Below, in pieces: positions 61,339 through 64,000 of a stretch of DNA of 64,000 nucleotides (positions are counted from its first letter, which is position 1; every line of letters begins with the position of its first letter). The notes beneath the pieces were generated by a model. The model was not told the origin of the DNA. It searched no databases and worked only from the letters and a program-made list of their open reading frames with translations. Source of the DNA: Chloroflexota bacterium (GTDB lineage Bacteria > Chloroflexota > UBA11872 > VXOZ01); assembly GCA_965221905.1 (NCBI GenBank), contig OZ244922.1, positions 2,592,001 to 2,656,000 of the forward strand. The letters run 5' to 3'. A program made the position numbers and the translations under genes.

Positions 61339-62712
61339 ATGTCTATGGGCAATGGATTTACGACAAGACGCCGTTTCCTCGCAGGTGCCGGCGGTTTGGC
61401 AGGCGCCGCGCTCCTTGCAGCGTGCGCTGTAGCACCTGGTGCAAGTGACGGCGAGATGATGGAAGAAAAGGAAGCGCCCAAGGAAGCTGAAGCACCGCAA
61501 GCGGAAGTCGTTGAGGTGGTGTGGGCGTGCTACGACCTGCAGGAGTATCGCAACGTGACCCTGCGGGAGATGGCGGAAGTCTGCAATAACACCTTGGAGA
61601 ATCGCACCACCAGGCTTGAAATTGTCACCGAGAACTTCCTGGAGAAAATCCGCACCGAGTTCGTGGCCGGCACAACCACCTACGACATCGTTGTAAACCA
61701 GATCAACTGGGTGCAGGCCGGCGCGCGGCAGGGCATGTTCCTGCCCATCAGCGACTACATGAAGCGCGACGGTGTATCACGTGATGACTACCTTGACTCC
61801 TCTTCCTGGGAAGTCAATGGCATCATGTACGGCTTGGCATTCCTCGGCGGCGGCGACGCCATCTACTACAACAAGGACCTCTTCGACAACGACGGCGTCC
61901 CGTATCCGGAGTTGGGCACAACCTACGAGCAACTGCTCGATGGCGCCGCCAAGATGACAAAGCGCACCGGGGAAGAGACCACTCAATGGGGGTATAACTT
62001 CGGGTACTCCTCGCTGGAGGTCAACCTGGGCAGTTTTATCCTCGATTCCGGCGGACAGGTGCTCAACGAGGCGCGCGACATGGCCCTCTACGGCGAGGAC
62101 CAAAACGCCATCGCGGGCGCACAGTTCTACGTAGACATGATCCTCAAGCATCGGGTGGTGCCTTGGGGTGACGAGCGGCAGGCGCTGCGCGAGGAGGGCG
62201 GCAGCGGCCGCCACATTGGCACCGGCAAAGTCGCCATGTCGCAGATTACGTTGATCCCGCTCAAGGGCGCATACGAGGTGCTCGGCGACCGGCTGGGCAT
62301 TGCGCCGCTCGCCACTGGGCCGGCGGGAACCCGCAGCCCGGCCACCGGTAGCAACGCCTGGAGCATCATGTCGCTCACCGAAGTGCCTGATGCGGCCTGG
62401 GACGTGTTCCACGTCCTGAGCCAGAAGGAGGCGCAAGACCTTTACGCCGTGCACGCCCACCCCGGGCTCTTTGCCTCCGCCGACGTGTTCTTGGGCAACT
62501 ACCCGGGTATGGACTGGTCCACTGTCCTGGACAATTGGCGGGACGGCGGACGCGACTTCTTCCTGACGCCGGAGACCGGAGAGTTCTGGACGACGGCAAA
62601 CCAGAACCTCCAGCCGATGTACACCGGCGAATCTACCGTCCAAGAGGCCATGAAGACCTCTGCCGACGCTGTGAACGTTCTCTTTTCACAACGTCCGGAC
62701 GACTGGAAGTAG
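61339..62712 (+). CDS. ABC transporter solute-binding lipoprotein (family 1), Tat signal
   Basis: TRRRFL twin-Arg plus LAAC lipobox; IYYNKDLFD..GVPYP, TGKVAM, PDAAW. Confidence 0.9.
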   Translation: MSMGNGFTTRRRFLAGAGGLAGAALLAACAVAPGASDGEMMEEKEAPKEAEAPQAEVVEVVWACYDLQEYRNVTLREMAEVCNNTLENRTTRLEIVTENFLEKIRTEFVAGTTTYDIVVNQINWVQAGARQGMFLPISDYMKRDGVSRDDYLDSSSWEVNGIMYGLAFLGGGDAIYYNKDLFDNDGVPYPELGTTYEQLLDGAAKMTKRTGEETTQWGYNFGYSSLEVNLGSFILDSGGQVLNEARDMALYGEDQNAIAGAQFYVDMILKHRVVPWGDERQALREEGGSGRHIGTGKVAMSQITLIPLKGAYEVLGDRLGIAPLATGPAGTRSPATGSNAWSIMSLTEVPDAAWDVFHVLSQKEAQDLYAVHAHPGLFASADVFLGNYPGMDWSTVLDNWRDGGRDFFLTPETGEFWTTANQNLQPMYTGESTVQEAMKTSADAVNVLFSQRPDDWK

Positions 62713-62720
62713 CCTTGTCG

Positions 62721-62752
62721 GTAGAGGGGTGCGTCACGGCGCACCCCTCTAC
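62721..62752. repeat. GTAG-flanked palindrome just after the stop codon (REP-like or terminator)
   Basis: GTAGAGGGGTGCG-tcacgg-CGCACCCCTCTAC. Confidence 0.7.
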
Positions 62753-62785
62753 TACTTACGCCGTGGTAGCTACTCCCTACTCCGC

Positions 62786-63075
62786 GGTAGCGCAGGTTTG
62801 AAACCTGCGCCCAACAGCCGGGTTTCTACGTGATACAAGGCCGAAGTCCGGCACGCGCGGAGAAGATGGTTTCCCGCTTTCGCGGGAATGACGGAGCCCC
62901 ATCTTGCTATTTTCATGGTAGTGGCAGACTGACCGATGACCACTCTTGTAGTAATGGACTACGCGCTGGCTACGTTCATGGCAATAATGGAGCCGGACAC
63001 GGGCTACTCTGCAAGTAAACTCTCTGCTCAGCCGGAGCAGATCTAAGCGAGCGCAGGTTTCAAACCTACGCTACC
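62786..63075. repeat. Inverted pair of 25-bp GTAG-type REPs enclosing a third REP type
   Basis: GGTAGCGCAGGTTTGAAACCTGCGC (62786-62810) and its reverse complement with 1 mismatch (63051-63075); TTCCCGCTTTCGCGGGAATGAC inside. Confidence 0.8.
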
Positions 63076-63105
63076 ATTAGCTCTCTACTTATCCGGAGCA
63101 CACCA

Positions 63106-64000
63106 ATGACAGTCCGCGAGCTTTACAAAACCGCCATAGAACTCGGTACTGCCCTCGATCCGCGCAGCCGCGAGACCCTTGACGCAGAACTCGCGCGGCG
63201 CAAGCAAGAATTCGATGCACTGCCCGACTGGAAGAAGCCTTACTTCGACCATGAGCGGTTGCGGAATCCTTACGGCGACGTGCGCATCGTCAACGGTCCG
63301 GAAGACGCCGAGGTATACACAGCGCTCGCGGGCATCAATATTGGCACTGACGAGTTTCTCATCGCCGACCGGCTCAAGGACAAAGGCGTGCCGCTCGACG
63401 CAATTATCGCGCACCACACCAGCGGCACCGGCATCGGCCGCTCGCACATCGACGACATCACCCTCATCAACATCGATATCTTCGTGCGAGAGGGAGTGCC
63501 CCGCCGAAAGGCGGAGAAAGTCCTCTTGCCCTGGATCGACGAGTGGCGTACCGGCTACGACGACATGCCGCATCGGATGGGGCCCGACATGGCACGGCTC
63601 TTCGAAATCCCTTTCATCCAAATACACACGCCGCAGGACCTCTATATTGGCGTAGGCATGAGAGAGATATTTGAGAACCTTAAGCCACAAACCCTGGCTG
63701 ACGCTGAAGAAGCGCTGATGACTATTCCCGAATTCCAAGGCGCCGCGCGCCACGGCGCATATTCGACCGTTCTTGCAGGCGACCCGGATACGCCCCTCGG
63801 ACGCTACCTCATACAAGATGCCGGGGGTTGGCTGTGGCCGCCGGAGGGGCTAACTGTGCTCGCCAAAGCCGGTGTGAACACCGTCCTGCAAATTGGAGCA
63901 TCTGCAGCAGGGGCGATAGCCGCCGCGAAAGCCGGCATGTCGCTGGTAAGACTACCCCACGCCGCTGCGGATAATCTGGGTATCAACCTCTTCTACGACG
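63106..64000 (+). CDS. NIF3 / NGG1p-interacting factor 3-like protein, 3'-truncated by window edge
   Basis: Absent from the ORF track because there is no stop; MTVRELYKTAIELG..DPR..NPYGDVRIVNG..AGINIG..ADRL..IIAHH..HAAADNLGINL. Confidence 0.8.
   Translation, partial: MTVRELYKTAIELGTALDPRSRETLDAELARRKQEFDALPDWKKPYFDHERLRNPYGDVRIVNGPEDAEVYTALAGINIGTDEFLIADRLKDKGVPLDAIIAHHTSGTGIGRSHIDDITLINIDIFVREGVPRRKAEKVLLPWIDEWRTGYDDMPHRMGPDMARLFEIPFIQIHTPQDLYIGVGMREIFENLKPQTLADAEEALMTIPEFQGAARHGAYSTVLAGDPDTPLGRYLIQDAGGWLWPPEGLTVLAKAGVNTVLQIGASAAGAIAAAKAGMSLVRLPHAAADNLGINLFYD

Noticed and set aside
63085-63816. 243-aa minus-strand ORF and similar long antisense ORFs (58670-59575, 61777-62643, 4620-5450)
   Set aside because: They overlap well-supported plus-strand genes, as expected from codon bias in GC-rich DNA

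Overview
About 64 kb of moderately GC-rich bacterial chromosome, probably Chloroflexota (inferred from gene content and order, not established). Left to right: (1) 1-5.1 kb, surface-polysaccharide glycosyltransferase operon ending in a WcaJ-type priming transferase. (2) 5.2-9.9 kb, two enolase-superfamily genes and two PHP/CehA-McbA hydrolase paralogs, with a visible tandem-duplication scar. (3) 9.97-10.52 kb, a non-coding nested tandem array made of truncated copies of a REP-type hairpin. (4) rplU-rpmA-tRNA-Ala(CGC). (5) About 11.5-30 kb, a decaying accessory/defence region: pseudogenes, a PAS-LuxR regulator, a BacNav-like channel with filter TFDGWTD, an NCS2 permease fusion, an hsdM remnant, a BrnT-like toxin-antitoxin pair, a TIR-TM-TIR locus with nonsense mutations in both TIRs, and an intact Septu/PtuAB-like pair. 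(6) tpiA, a cysteine desulfurase and a SAM-cycle operon (mtnA-mtnP-pfkB-ahcY-metK). (7) A minus-strand arsR-ino1-patA-like-PHP-pimA-like-pgsA operon resembling the actinobacterial phosphatidylinositol-mannoside pathway, with an extra PHP phosphoesterase. (8) GT4, WecB/TagA, ribokinase, split HldE-like kinase and nucleotidyltransferase, ndk. (9) A sulfatase-fold protein with Thr at the formylglycine position, hydantoinase/oxoprolinase B and A, an FAD oxidoreductase, a Tat-exported solute-binding protein, a REP cluster and a truncated NIF3-like gene. No CRISPR array, rRNA, integrase or intact transposase was seen. All family calls come from motif recognition by eye; no searches were run.
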